From Polynucleobacter meluiroseus (lineage in GTDB: Bacteria; Pseudomonadota; Gammaproteobacteria; Burkholderiales; Burkholderiaceae), in the NCBI GenBank assembly GCA_945947155.1, contig CAMEXM010000001.1, positions 4,465 through 68,464 of the forward strand: DNA of 64,000 bases. Direction: 5' to 3'. Each line of letters begins with the position of its first letter. Positions within the stretch are counted from its first letter, which is position 1. The notes under the pieces were generated by a model. The model did not search any database, was not told where the DNA came from, and was given only the letters and a program-made list of their open reading frames with translations. This document shows positions 10,612-20,350 of the stretch, piece after piece. Both the position numbers and the translations under genes were made by a program.

Positions 10612-11773
10612 TCGGCTGAGCCAGTCCGTACTGCTCGAGCGTACCCAGCTCGGCCCAAATAAACTGCGCTTCGTCTGACTGCATGCTACTGTCCAACTCT
10701 TTTTTTGCTTTGCCATTGAGGACCATCTCATAGACCTGAATCTGCAAAACGCGGTGGCTAAAAATATGCTTCACGCGGTTACCCATCCGTACCGACTGCC
10801 TAAATAAAGAAGGCGGCTTTTTAGAAAATCGGTTTGGTAAAATCAATTCAAGTAACTGTTCACTAGTCAATGTGTCTGCCTGAACGGTAGGCCTACTCTC
10901 CCCCTCCGTTTGCCCTTGCCACTGGCCCTCTGGTAGTGACCAGAGACCGCCCCAGATTGCTTTAGTGGGACGCTTTTGCAGTAGCACCGCATTCCCATGC
11001 GCCAAAATACCAACGGCACACGAAAATTGCGGTGACTTCTTTTTGGGTAGTTTTTTTGGAATGGCGAGTACTTGATCATGCGCTTTTGCCTGACACGAAC
11101 TTTCAAATGGGCATTGTGTGTTTTGCGTGAGGCAAACCGGTTGTTTTGCGGTGCACCAGGTAGCACCAAAATCCATCAGTGCCTGGGTATATAGCGGCAT
11201 ATCTTTTGGTGATCGCGGGAGGAGTTCGGTAGCCAAGTGCCAAAGTGAATCGGTCACTTTTTTTTCTTGTAGCGCGCCACCAATACCAAATAAGCGAGCC
11301 AATACACGCTTCACATTGGCATCCAAAATAGGCGTCCTAACCTGGAGGGCAAATGCGGCGATTGCGCCCGCCGTTGATCGTCCGATCCCACTGAGGCTTT
11401 CGAGTGCAAGGGGATCGGGCGGAAATTGCCCCTGGTATTGCGATACGACTTGTTTTGCGCAGGCATGTAAATTGCGCGCCCGCGAGTAGTAACCAAGGCC
11501 GCTCCATTCAGCTAATACCTCATCGATATCGGCGCGAGCCAAATGCGCTACCGATGGAAAGCGTTGCATCATTTTGGGGTAGCGGTCCAGCACGGTGGCC
11601 ACCTGCGTTTGTTGCAGCATGATTTCTGAGACCCACACCGCATAGGGGTCAGTGATGCCTTGCCATGGCATGCCATGCCGTCCATATTGCTTATGCCACT
11701 GAATCAGGCGCTTAGAAAATGATGCAATTAGAGCGGCATCGTGCGTAGGTTGCAGACTTAGCGCTTTTGGCAT
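10514..11773 (-). CDS. mutY: A/G-specific adenine DNA glycosylase MutY
   Basis: HhH-GPD motif (LSGIGRSTAGAI), a four-Cys FeS loop (CTAKQPVCLTQNTQCPFESSC) and a NUDIX-like C-domain. I moved the start to ATG 11773 (MPKALSL), which overlaps the mutM 3' end by 16 nt. The ORF-track start at 11842 lies well inside mutM. Confidence 0.9.
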   Translation of the reverse strand: MPKALSLQPTHDAALIASFSKRLIQWHKQYGRHGMPWQGITDPYAVWVSEIMLQQTQVATVLDRYPKMMQRFPSVAHLARADIDEVLAEWSGLGYYSRARNLHACAKQVVSQYQGQFPPDPLALESLSGIGRSTAGAIAAFALQVRTPILDANVKRVLARLFGIGGALQEKKVTDSLWHLATELLPRSPKDMPLYTQALMDFGATWCTAKQPVCLTQNTQCPFESSCQAKAHDQVLAIPKKLPKKKSPQFSCAVGILAHGNAVLLQKRPTKAIWGGLWSLPEGQWQGQTEGESRPTVQADTLTSEQLLELILPNRFSKKPPSLFRQSVRMGNRVKHIFSHRVLQIQVYEMVLNGKAKKELDSSMQSDEAQFIWAELGTLEQYGLAQPIRLLLESWSQAHGAAESDRCANASPIVLKNRP

Positions 11774-12594
11774 ACTGGGCAAAAGTAGGTGGATCGCTGA
11801 CCTTGAACGATCTGCTGAATCGATGTATTGCAGACTCGACAAGGTTCGCCCCGGCGGTCGTAGACTTTACTTTGCATCGTAAAGTAGCCCTGTTTACCCT
11901 CGCTGTCGACAAAATCACGTAAGGTACTGCCACCGGCGGCAATTGCCTTCTGCAGCACCATTCGTACTGCACTGGCCAAACGCGCACATTGTGGCCGCGT
12001 CAGTTTACCGGCCTGCTTTGCAGGATGAATCCCGGCCTCAAACAAACTCTCTGAGCAGTAAATATTGCCAACCCCAACGACGGCCTGCCCTGCTAGTAAA
12101 AACGATTTGACTGCAACACTACGGCCACGCGAACAGCGGTAAAGGACAGCAGCACCCCGCTCGTTCGCAAAATCAGCTGAAAAGGGTTCTGTGCCCAACT
12201 TACGCAGCAAGGGATGATCTTCGACTGGTCCGCTCTTGTTTGGATGCCACAACACTGCCCCAAATTTACGCGGATCATGTAAGCGCAAGCTGCGCTTACC
12301 GAATACCACCACAACCCGGTCGTGGGGCTTTAATGACTCCTTGACTGGCAATACGCGCAAGACTCCCGTCATGCCCAAATGGATCAGTAAATGCCCTTGA
12401 TCCATTTGCAACAATAAATACTTTCCCCTTCGCTCAATGCCGTGCAGGGTTTGGCCCTGCAAGATTGCCCGCAGATTGCGCGGTACAGGCCAGCGCAACC
12501 TGCCATCAATAATGAGGGCGTCGGTAATCCGCTCCCCCTCTAGGTGCGGCTGTATTCCAAGGCGAGTAACTTCAACTTCTGGGAGTTCTGGCAT
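11758..12594 (-). CDS. mutM: Formamidopyrimidine-DNA glycosylase
   Basis: N-terminal MPELPEVE, an H2TH region, and a C-terminal zinc finger CRVC...CPVCQ. Confidence 0.96.
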   Translation of the reverse strand: MPELPEVEVTRLGIQPHLEGERITDALIIDGRLRWPVPRNLRAILQGQTLHGIERRGKYLLLQMDQGHLLIHLGMTGVLRVLPVKESLKPHDRVVVVFGKRSLRLHDPRKFGAVLWHPNKSGPVEDHPLLRKLGTEPFSADFANERGAAVLYRCSRGRSVAVKSFLLAGQAVVGVGNIYCSESLFEAGIHPAKQAGKLTRPQCARLASAVRMVLQKAIAAGGSTLRDFVDSEGKQGYFTMQSKVYDRRGEPCRVCNTSIQQIVQGQRSTYFCPVCQKR

Positions 12595-12623
12595 AGGTGA
12601 ATTGTAGATTCGGAGATTAGAAT

Positions 12624-14135
12624 GTGCTTATGACCCATTTCATGCATCTGCACCTCTCCCTGGCCCCGTTGCCGGCCCGTAGAATTGCCGTGCTATTACT
12701 GGCTAGTGCATGCCTCAGTTGGGTCTCATTGGTCCATAGCGCCCAAGGCGCGAGTGGTGAACAGGTTTTTGAGATCTTAGCCTCTGAAATTGCCCTCCAG
12801 CGAGGTGAACCGGCGCTAGCCTACCAAACCTACCTTAGCCTCGCCCGGCAAACCGGTGATCCGCAGCTGGCGCAGCGTGCCATGGAGATTGCCATTGCAG
12901 CCAATGCCCCTGAGCTTGCTCTCGATGCGGCTAGCGTATGGGATAGGCTCGCTCCCGCAGCCGATACAAAGCCAAAAGAGGTGCTGGTTACTTTATTGAT
13001 GCTGAATCAACGCTGGTCCGATTCTGTCCAGCCCGCGATTGCGCTATTACAAAAACAAAATGCTGAGAGCCAAGAGCGCAGCTTGAAACAGTTGCAACCA
13101 CTCCTGGGCCGCGCAGTGGATGAGGCTGCAGCAATGCGCGCCTATTTTGACATTATTTCTGCACTGAGGCCCCTGCCCACTGACCCCGCCATTATGTATA
13201 CCTATGCGATGGCAGCTGTAAAAGCGGGTCGCTTTGATGTGATGGAATCTACCCTCCGGCAAATTCTGAAAAAAACGCCGAATGATGCCAATGCACTGAA
13301 TGCCCTGGGCTACTCGTTGGCTGATCGAAAGCAAAATCTGCCAGAAGCCTTTGCCCTGATTACGAAGGCACACAATCTGGCACCACAAGACGCCTTTATT
13401 TTAGATAGCCTCGGCTGGGTTAATTTCCGCATGGGCAAACTGGAGCTGGCACGCGACCAGCTTATTCAGGCGGCTAAGATGAAGCCGGAAGCAGAAATAT
13501 CAGCACATTTAGGTGAGGTGTATTGGGCTATCGGTAATCTGAATGCGGCTGAAAGCACATGGCGTGATGCCGAAAGAATGGATGCAAACAATGCAACCTT
13601 GCGTGAAACCTTAAAACGCTTTAAGCCTAACTGGGTGATGCCCAATCAGTCCACTAAGATTGTTTGGGATGGCCGTTTTTCAATCCGCATGAATGGCGGT
13701 GCTGACCGGCCCGCAGAGGGCGGCTCTGGTGGTTTCACCCTCAGCCAAGATGTGCTCAACGACATCTTAGAGATTCGCAATCCAGTCGGTGGCTCGATTG
13801 CAAAAATTATCATTACTCCGGGTGAAGCAGTGTTAGAGCGCGGCGGTAAGATAAGCAAAGCGATTGATGCAGACTCCCTAATTCAGTCTGCATTAGGGCT
13901 TCCTTTGCCTGCACGCGGTTTGTCCGACTGGTTACGCGGCCAAGTCAGGCCTGGCAGTCCAGCCAGCCTAGAGCGCAGTCCCAGCGGTATTGTTTCGAAA
14001 ATCAGTCAAGATGGATGGAATTTGTCCTACGTGTGGGGCGAGTCCAGCAGTAAGTTAGAAAAACTGAATATGATCCGAAACACAAAAACGGGGCCAATTG
14101 ATATCCGCCTTGTTTTTGATCAAATTGATGACTGA
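12624..14135 (+). CDS. lolB: Fusion protein: signal/lipobox-like N-terminus + TPR repeats + C-terminal LolB-like outer-membrane lipoprotein receptor domain
   Basis: One uninterrupted 503-codon ORF. Residues ~45-335 are TPR-like ([31 protein letters not shown]...). Residues 346-503 (nt 13659-14132) align by eye with E. coli LolB: [10 protein letters not shown] vs [35 protein letters not shown] vs [34 protein letters not shown] vs SQNGKNWKVVY. GGAG lies 8 nt before GTG 12624. Confidence 0.85.
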   Translation: [503 protein letters not shown]

Positions 14136-15006
14136 TACGCTTACCCTCTTAGCGCCCGCCAAACTGAATTTGTTTCTGCACATTGTTGGCCGCAGGAACG
14201 ATGGCTATCACCTACTGCAATCCGCCTTTCAGTTAATCGACTGGTGCGATAGCGTCATCCTTGCTCGCACCAACACAAGTCGCATTACCCGCATAAACCC
14301 CGTTCCCGGCATTTCTGAAGGCGATGACTTGGTGGTCCGTGCGGCAGCCTTGCTACAACGCGAATGCAATTTAGCCATGGGTGTTGAAATCACCCTTAAC
14401 AAAGTATTGCCGGTCGGAGCCGGTCTGGGCGGAGGGTCATCCGATGCGGCCTCCACCTTAATTGGCCTCAATACCCTCTGGAACCTTGACCTTTCCCGCT
14501 CAGAGCTAATGGCGCTGGGTCTGCAATTGGGCGCCGATGTGCCTTTCTTTATCCACGGGAGCAACGCCTTCGTGGAGGGAATTGGCGAGGTAATTCAGGC
14601 GATTACCCTTCCCGAGCAAGGCTTTATCGTCATTTTCCCCAATCGCGGCATTGTTACCAAAGCGCTTTTTGAGCACCCTGAATTGACCCGTGATCACGCC
14701 CCGATTACAATAAATGGCTTTCTTGCATCACAACTACCTCATCAGGCATATACCAATGACTGTCAAGCGGTAGCGATGCAGATTTGTCCTGAAGTAAAGG
14801 ATGCAATAGATTGGATCGCTCAGGCCCTGCCAAGCGCTAAGCCCCAAATGTCCGGCTCTGGTAGTAGCGTCTTTGCTGCGCTTCCGAGCCAGCTTGACGG
14901 TGCAAGTGCCTCAGCCCTATTGCAAAATCTACCTCGAGAGTGGATAGGCCGGATTGTCCGGGGGATAAATAAAAATCCCGCTTACAATTCGTTATCTTCA
15001 GATTGA
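14128..15006 (+). CDS. ispE: 4-diphosphocytidyl-2-C-methyl-D-erythritol kinase
   Basis: MTDTLTLLAPAKLNLFLHIVGRR N-terminus and GHMP motif PVGAGLGGGSSDAAS. ATG 14128 overlaps the upstream stop. Confidence 0.94.
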   Translation: MTDTLTLLAPAKLNLFLHIVGRRNDGYHLLQSAFQLIDWCDSVILARTNTSRITRINPVPGISEGDDLVVRAAALLQRECNLAMGVEITLNKVLPVGAGLGGGSSDAASTLIGLNTLWNLDLSRSELMALGLQLGADVPFFIHGSNAFVEGIGEVIQAITLPEQGFIVIFPNRGIVTKALFEHPELTRDHAPITINGFLASQLPHQAYTNDCQAVAMQICPEVKDAIDWIAQALPSAKPQMSGSGSSVFAALPSQLDGASASALLQNLPREWIGRIVRGINKNPAYNSLSSD

Positions 15007-15012
15007 CACTGT

Positions 15013-15089
15013 AGGGGAATCGCCAAGCTGGTTAAGGCACTGGATTTTGATTCCAGCATGCGAAGGTTCGAATCCTTCTTCCCCTGCCA
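15013..15089 (+). tRNA. tRNA-Gln (anticodon TTG), CCA encoded
   Basis: Folded by hand. Acceptor AGGGGAA/TTCCCCT, anticodon stem CTGGA/TCCAG with loop TT-TTG-AT, T-arm GAAGG-TTCGAAT-CCTTC, then G-CCA. 77 nt. Confidence 0.93.
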
Positions 15090-15164
15090 CATTTTTTCTG
15101 AATAACGAGCCATGCGATATTCTGTCTAAAACTCCCCCAAACCTTCATAAGCCAAACTGCCATC

Positions 15165-16118
15165 ATGAATTCTGAATTTTTGACTCTCTTTACTGGCAAT
15201 GCAAACCCTGTTTTAGCAAACGCAGTAGCTAAAGAATTGAATCTTCCCATCGGTAAGGCTTTTGTCGGTCGGTTCTCAGACGGCGAGATTCAGGTCGAGA
15301 TTCAAGAAAATGTGCGCGGTAAGAATGTCGTTGTTATTCAATCGACATGCGCCCCCACAAACGATAATGTGATGGAGCTCATGATAATGATTGATGCTCT
15401 GAAACGCGCATCTGCAAGCCGTATAACGGCAGTGATCCCTTACTTCGGTTATGCACGTCAAGACCGTCGCCCGCGTTCTGCGCGGGTTGCCATCTCCGCA
15501 CGGATTGTGGCCAATATGCTGCAATCGGTTGCCGGCATTGAGCGCGTTTTAACCATGGATCTCCATGCAGACCAGATTCAAGGCTTTTTTGATATCCCAG
15601 TTGATAACATTTATGCCTCCCCCGTGCTCCTTGCTGACCTGCAAAAGCAAAAAAGCAAAGACCTCATCATTGTTTCTCCGGATATTGGCGGCGTTGTTCG
15701 TGCGCGCGCAATGGCAAAACAGTTGGGCTGCGATTTGGCGATTATTGATAAACGCCGACCCAAAGCCAATGTATCTGAAGTAATGCACCTCATTGGTGAG
15801 GTAGGAGGCCGTCACTGCGTCATCATGGATGACATCATTGATACCGGCGGAACGCTCTGTAAGGCTGCAGAAGCACTCAAAGAACGCGGTGCCAAAGGAG
15901 TGACGGCGTACTGTACTCACGCCGTTTTGTCCGGCGGCGCAGTTGCCCGTATTGCCGCTTCGCAACTGGATGAACTCGTGGTTACCGACACCATTCCCTT
16001 GACCGACGAAGCCCACCAGGTCAAGAAAATTCGCCAACTTAGCGTTGCTCCCATCCTTGCCGAAACCCTCTCCCGCATCACCAAGGGCGATTCGGTAATG
16101 TCGATGTTTGCGGAATAA
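15165..16118 (+). CDS. prs: Ribose-phosphate pyrophosphokinase
   Basis: [19 protein letters not shown] and PRPP loop [11 protein letters not shown]. Confidence 0.97.
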   Translation: MNSEFLTLFTGNANPVLANAVAKELNLPIGKAFVGRFSDGEIQVEIQENVRGKNVVVIQSTCAPTNDNVMELMIMIDALKRASASRITAVIPYFGYARQDRRPRSARVAISARIVANMLQSVAGIERVLTMDLHADQIQGFFDIPVDNIYASPVLLADLQKQKSKDLIIVSPDIGGVVRARAMAKQLGCDLAIIDKRRPKANVSEVMHLIGEVGGRHCVIMDDIIDTGGTLCKAAEALKERGAKGVTAYCTHAVLSGGAVARIAASQLDELVVTDTIPLTDEAHQVKKIRQLSVAPILAETLSRITKGDSVMSMFAE

Positions 16119-16242
16119 GCTTAAAAACAGTACTTTTGGGCTGTTTAGTGCCTAAATAGGCCAAAAATACCAAGTTCAAGCTATAATTGAAGGCTTTTCT
16201 GTTTGGTCGCGAACGGAAATTAACCTCAATTTGGGAGTCATC

Positions 16243-16887
16243 ATGAAAATCGTAGCCTTTGAAAGAAGCGTACAGGGAACGGGTGCGAGCCGCCGCCTGC
16301 GCAACTCCGGTAAAACTCCGGGCATTATTTACGGCAGCAAAAACAAGCCTGAGGTCATCGAACTTGACCACAACGCTCTGTTCCATGCTCTGCGTAAAGA
16401 ATCATTCCATTCGTCCATTTTGAATCTTGAAGTGGGTGGCAAGTCACAAAAAGTCTTACTACGTGACTATCAAATGCATCCATTTAAGCCCCTGGTCCTG
16501 CACATTGATTTTCAACGCGTTTCAGCGACTGAGAAGATCCATATGCGCATTCCATTGCACTTTACCCATGCAGAAGAATCCGCTGCAGTCAAACTCGGCG
16601 GCGCCATCATCAGCCACATTGCAAATGATATTGAAATTACCTGCTTACCAGCTGATTTGCCAGAGTTCATTGAAGTGAACTTGAGCAACATTGAAGTAGG
16701 TCATTCGATTCACGCGAAAGACATAGCCTTACCTAAAGGTGTTTCTTTAGTCTTGCACGTAGAGCAAGAGAACCCAGTACTGGTAAATGCGCGCGTACCA
16801 ACCGTCAAGGCTGAGCCTGTGGAGGCTGCTGTTGCAGCGCCTGCAGCAGTTGCGGATGCGGCAAAAGAGAAGGATGCAAAAGCGTAA
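16243..16887 (+). CDS. rplY: 50S ribosomal protein L25 / general stress protein Ctc (long form)
   Basis: [20 protein letters not shown] is an L25 N-terminus, followed by a Ctc C-domain and an Ala/Lys-rich tail. GGGAG lies before ATG 16243. Confidence 0.93.
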   Translation: MKIVAFERSVQGTGASRRLRNSGKTPGIIYGSKNKPEVIELDHNALFHALRKESFHSSILNLEVGGKSQKVLLRDYQMHPFKPLVLHIDFQRVSATEKIHMRIPLHFTHAEESAAVKLGGAIISHIANDIEITCLPADLPEFIEVNLSNIEVGHSIHAKDIALPKGVSLVLHVEQENPVLVNARVPTVKAEPVEAAVAAPAAVADAAKEKDAKA

Positions 16888-16910
16888 TTCTGCTTTGGTA
16901 TTCAATTCAG

Positions 16911-16940
16911 AAAGCCCGCTTCTGCGGGTTTTCTTTTTTG
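16911..16940 (+). terminator. Rho-independent terminator after rplY
   Basis: Stem AAAGCCCGC / GCGGGTTTT with a TTCT loop, followed by CTTTTTT. Confidence 0.8.
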
Positions 16941-16986
16941 TATGTAAAGCTGTAAAAACTTTCCAGCCTCTAATACACTTTGGATC

Positions 16987-17571
16987 ATGATTAGATTAAT
17001 TGTTGGCCTTGGCAACCCAGGCAGTAAACACGAAACCGATCGGCATAACGCTGGATTTTGGTTTGTGTCTCTGCTGGCAAAGCAGGCTGGCGTGGTGCTC
17101 GAGCAAGAAAAACGCTTTCATGGGAAGGTGGCGAAGGCACCGCTGTATGGACGCGATATATGGCTTTTGCAACCCGATACGTTTATGAATCTCAGCGGTC
17201 AATCAGTGGGTGCATTGTGTCGTTTTCATCAAATTGCGCCAGACGAAGTCCTGGTTGTACACGATGAGCTTGACCTCAAGGCAGGGGTTGCGCGCCTAAA
17301 GTTTGCTGGTGGCACTGGTGGACACAATGGCCTTAAAGATATTCAGGCCCACCTTTCTAGCGCTGATTACTGGCGCCTGCGGATTGGCATTGGCCACCCC
17401 CGTGATCTCCCTGGTCGCCTGATGGATGTCGCCGACTATGTTTTGCGTAAGCCGCTTTTAGAGGAACAGATTCAGATCGATGCGGCCTTATCGCGCTCGC
17501 TGGATGCGATGCCTTTGTTTTTAAAAGGCGAGACCGCAACTGCGGTGAAGGACCTGCATTCCAGCTGTTAA
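16987..17571 (+). CDS. pth: Peptidyl-tRNA hydrolase
   Basis: LIVGLGNPG..HETDRHNAGF and VHDELDL motifs. Confidence 0.96.
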   Translation: MIRLIVGLGNPGSKHETDRHNAGFWFVSLLAKQAGVVLEQEKRFHGKVAKAPLYGRDIWLLQPDTFMNLSGQSVGALCRFHQIAPDEVLVVHDELDLKAGVARLKFAGGTGGHNGLKDIQAHLSSADYWRLRIGIGHPRDLPGRLMDVADYVLRKPLLEEQIQIDAALSRSLDAMPLFLKGETATAVKDLHSSC

Positions 17572-17588
17572 TAGCTGACGTCAGTCTT

Positions 17589-18348
<760 letters not shown>

Positions 18349-18385
18349 ACATTCATCTTTCGCTCTAACTGCAGATAGCCAAAGT

Positions 18386-18973
18386 TTAGTCCCTTCTGAG
18401 CTGAAATAGGAGCGCTTTTACTTGGCCTGCTGTCATTTCTTTGCAGCACTCCCATTGAGGCATAAGGCTGTTTAGCGCAGCCAAATCGCAACCAACGGCG
18501 GTCTCCATATAGATTTGGCCGCCGTTGCTGCCATCGCAGACGCGCCCCGCCTCCTGAGCCGAGGACTCCAGAGTATGGTGATCGTCAAATGGGGGGTCCA
18601 GAAAAACCAGGTCCCATGACGCATTCGCCTGCCTTTTTAGAAAAGCTACGCCATCGCCTTGTACCAAGTCAATTGAAGTGTTAACGGGAAAAGATTGCAG
18701 ATCGCTTAAGTTCGACCGCAAATTTGCAAAGGCCGTTTTATCGCGCTCGATTAAGGTAACCGCACCTGCCCCCCGCGATGCAGCCTCAAAGCCAAGGGCT
18801 CCGGCTCCAGCGAAGGCATCCAAACATCGCCGGCCATCTAAACGTTGACCTAACCAGTTAAAAAGGGTTTCCCGAACCCGATCGGTAGTCGGGCGTAATC
18901 CAGGGGCATCAATCACTTTGATTAGACGACTACGCCAAACCCCACCGATGATGCGTATTTTTTTCGGCTGCAT
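18386..18973 (-). CDS. rsmD: 16S rRNA (guanine966-N2)-methyltransferase
   Basis: [11 protein letters not shown]-terminus, SAM motif [13 protein letters not shown], catalytic DPPF. Confidence 0.92.
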   Translation of the reverse strand: MQPKKIRIIGGVWRSRLIKVIDAPGLRPTTDRVRETLFNWLGQRLDGRRCLDAFAGAGALGFEAASRGAGAVTLIERDKTAFANLRSNLSDLQSFPVNTSIDLVQGDGVAFLKRQANASWDLVFLDPPFDDHHTLESSAQEAGRVCDGSNGGQIYMETAVGCDLAALNSLMPQWECCKEMTAGQVKALLFQLRRD

Positions 18974-18988
18974 AAACTACTGCATTGC

Positions 18989-20350
18989 TTATTTATTAAC
19001 CCCAACTACGACAATTTGCATTCGGTTCATATCTAAATGCCGCTGAAATGCCGCGCGTATTTGGTTGAGCGTTACTGCCTCAACCTGCTTGGTCCACGTT
19101 TCCATAGTATCGAGGGGCAAGTCATTCCACGTGATGCCAGATAAGTTATCCAGTAGCTTTCGATTACTATCGAGTCGTAATGGATAGCCATTAATTAAAT
19201 TGGATTTAGCTGCCAGCAATTCTTCTTCGCTTGGGCCATCTGCAATAAATTGGCTAATCGTTTTCTGCATTACTTCCAAACCTAAAATAGCTTGGTCTTT
19301 TTTCGTTTGCATTCCTGCTTCAAAAAAACCCGCATCCTTACCAGGCGCAAAATAGCTATTGATGCTGTAAGCAAGCCCACGCTTTTCTCGAACCTCAGCC
19401 ATCAAACGGGATACAAATCCGCCGCCACCCAAAACGTAATTTCCAACCAGCAGTGGGAAAAAATCAGGATTGTTGCGCGTAATGGCCGTCATGCCCATTG
19501 CAATATGGGCTTGCTGTGTATCAAACGGAATCCGTACTTCGCGCTGACTTAGTGGTCCCTGCGGGGTTTGCTGCATGATTGGTAACGGAGCAATGGCTGG
19601 CCCAGATTGTGGCAAACCCGCCAATAAGGTCTGGACGATGGCATTGGCCTGCGGGCGATCCAAGTCACCCACAATATTGACTGTGATGCGATCACCGCGA
19701 TACAGACTGGCATGAAATTTCTGTAAATCCGTGACAGTAATTGCGGCCACGGATTTTGGTGTCGGAAAGTAGGCCAGCGGATATTTTCCATAAACCGCTT
19801 TACGCAAGTTTTGTTGTAGGATGGTTTCTGGCTTGGTTTGTGCCTCAAGTAGCGCGGTAATCAGACGCTGCTTTTCACGATCAAGCACTTTGCTGTCATA
19901 ACTCGGCTTTGCCAAGATCAAAGCGGCTAACTGCACAACCCGCTCGCGCAAATCAGCTCGGCTTAAGCTTCGTATTCGCAATACCGTACGTTCACCGCTT
20001 GCAGCCACACTAATACTAGCGCCCAGATCAGCGATCTCATCGGCAATTTGCGCCTCATTCAAGCTCGACTTACCGCTGCCAGTACCCAAGGTCAATAACT
20101 GTGCTGTTAACGCAGCTACACCACTTTTATTTTCAGGATCGTATCGACTACCAGCATCAATCGAGACCTCTACATCAATAATGGGCAATGACTTGGTTTG
20201 AATAAAGTAGGTCTTAGCCCCCTTAACGCTATTCAGGGTTTCAATCGGCAAGATCGCCTTTGCGCTTCCCGCAAATACCAAACACCCAATTGCGATCGAT
20301 TGCAGGACGACCGATTGCACGCCTTTTCTTAAACCCATATAACCCCTCAT
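18989..20350 (-). CDS. M16-family peptidase, non-catalytic (no HxxEH) partner subunit, secreted
   Basis: Signal peptide and M16 fold without a zinc motif. 4-nt overlap with the upstream M16 gene. Confidence 0.85.
   Translation of the reverse strand: MRGYMGLRKGVQSVVLQSIAIGCLVFAGSAKAILPIETLNSVKGAKTYFIQTKSLPIIDVEVSIDAGSRYDPENKSGVAALTAQLLTLGTGSGKSSLNEAQIADEIADLGASISVAASGERTVLRIRSLSRADLRERVVQLAALILAKPSYDSKVLDREKQRLITALLEAQTKPETILQQNLRKAVYGKYPLAYFPTPKSVAAITVTDLQKFHASLYRGDRITVNIVGDLDRPQANAIVQTLLAGLPQSGPAIAPLPIMQQTPQGPLSQREVRIPFDTQQAHIAMGMTAITRNNPDFFPLLVGNYVLGGGGFVSRLMAEVREKRGLAYSINSYFAPGKDAGFFEAGMQTKKDQAILGLEVMQKTISQFIADGPSEEELLAAKSNLINGYPLRLDSNRKLLDNLSGITWNDLPLDTMETWTKQVEAVTLNQIRAAFQRHLDMNRMQIVVVGVNK

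Noticed and set aside
13638-13660. Internal Met (VMPNQ) that could start an independent LolB from within the TPR-LolB ORF.
   Set aside because: A product starting there would have no signal peptide or lipobox and so could not reach the outer membrane. No RBS is evident, so the fusion reading is preferred.
15032-15250. 72-aa minus-strand ORF between ispE and prs.
   Set aside because: It overlaps the hand-folded tRNA-Gln and the prs 5' end, so the tRNA explains the conservation of this stretch.
15549-16037. 162-aa ORF antisense to prs. Similar long antisense ORFs occur at 4861-5289 (in kdsD), 45087-45503 (in amtB), 50797-51198 (in lipA), 43779-44168 (in gshA) and 30030-30404/30919-31293 (in ctaD).
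   Set aside because: All lie wholly inside strongly conserved genes on the opposite strand. Their composition is low-complexity or odd, and they carry no recognisable motifs or RBS. They are typical shadow frames of highly expressed genes.
16119-16242. 124-nt leader upstream of rplY containing a TATAAT box (around 16183-16188) and a weak AAACAG/CTGTTT hairpin after prs.
   Set aside because: There is no convincing -35 element at 16-18 nt spacing, and the hairpin has a 10-nt loop with no U-tract. The evidence is insufficient to call a promoter, terminator or leader RNA.
17575-17584. Perfect 10-bp palindrome CTGACGTCAG in the 17-nt spacer between convergent pth and the ferredoxin gene.
   Set aside because: It is too short and loop-less to act as a terminator hairpin, and a single occurrence is compatible with chance. 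I cannot support a function.
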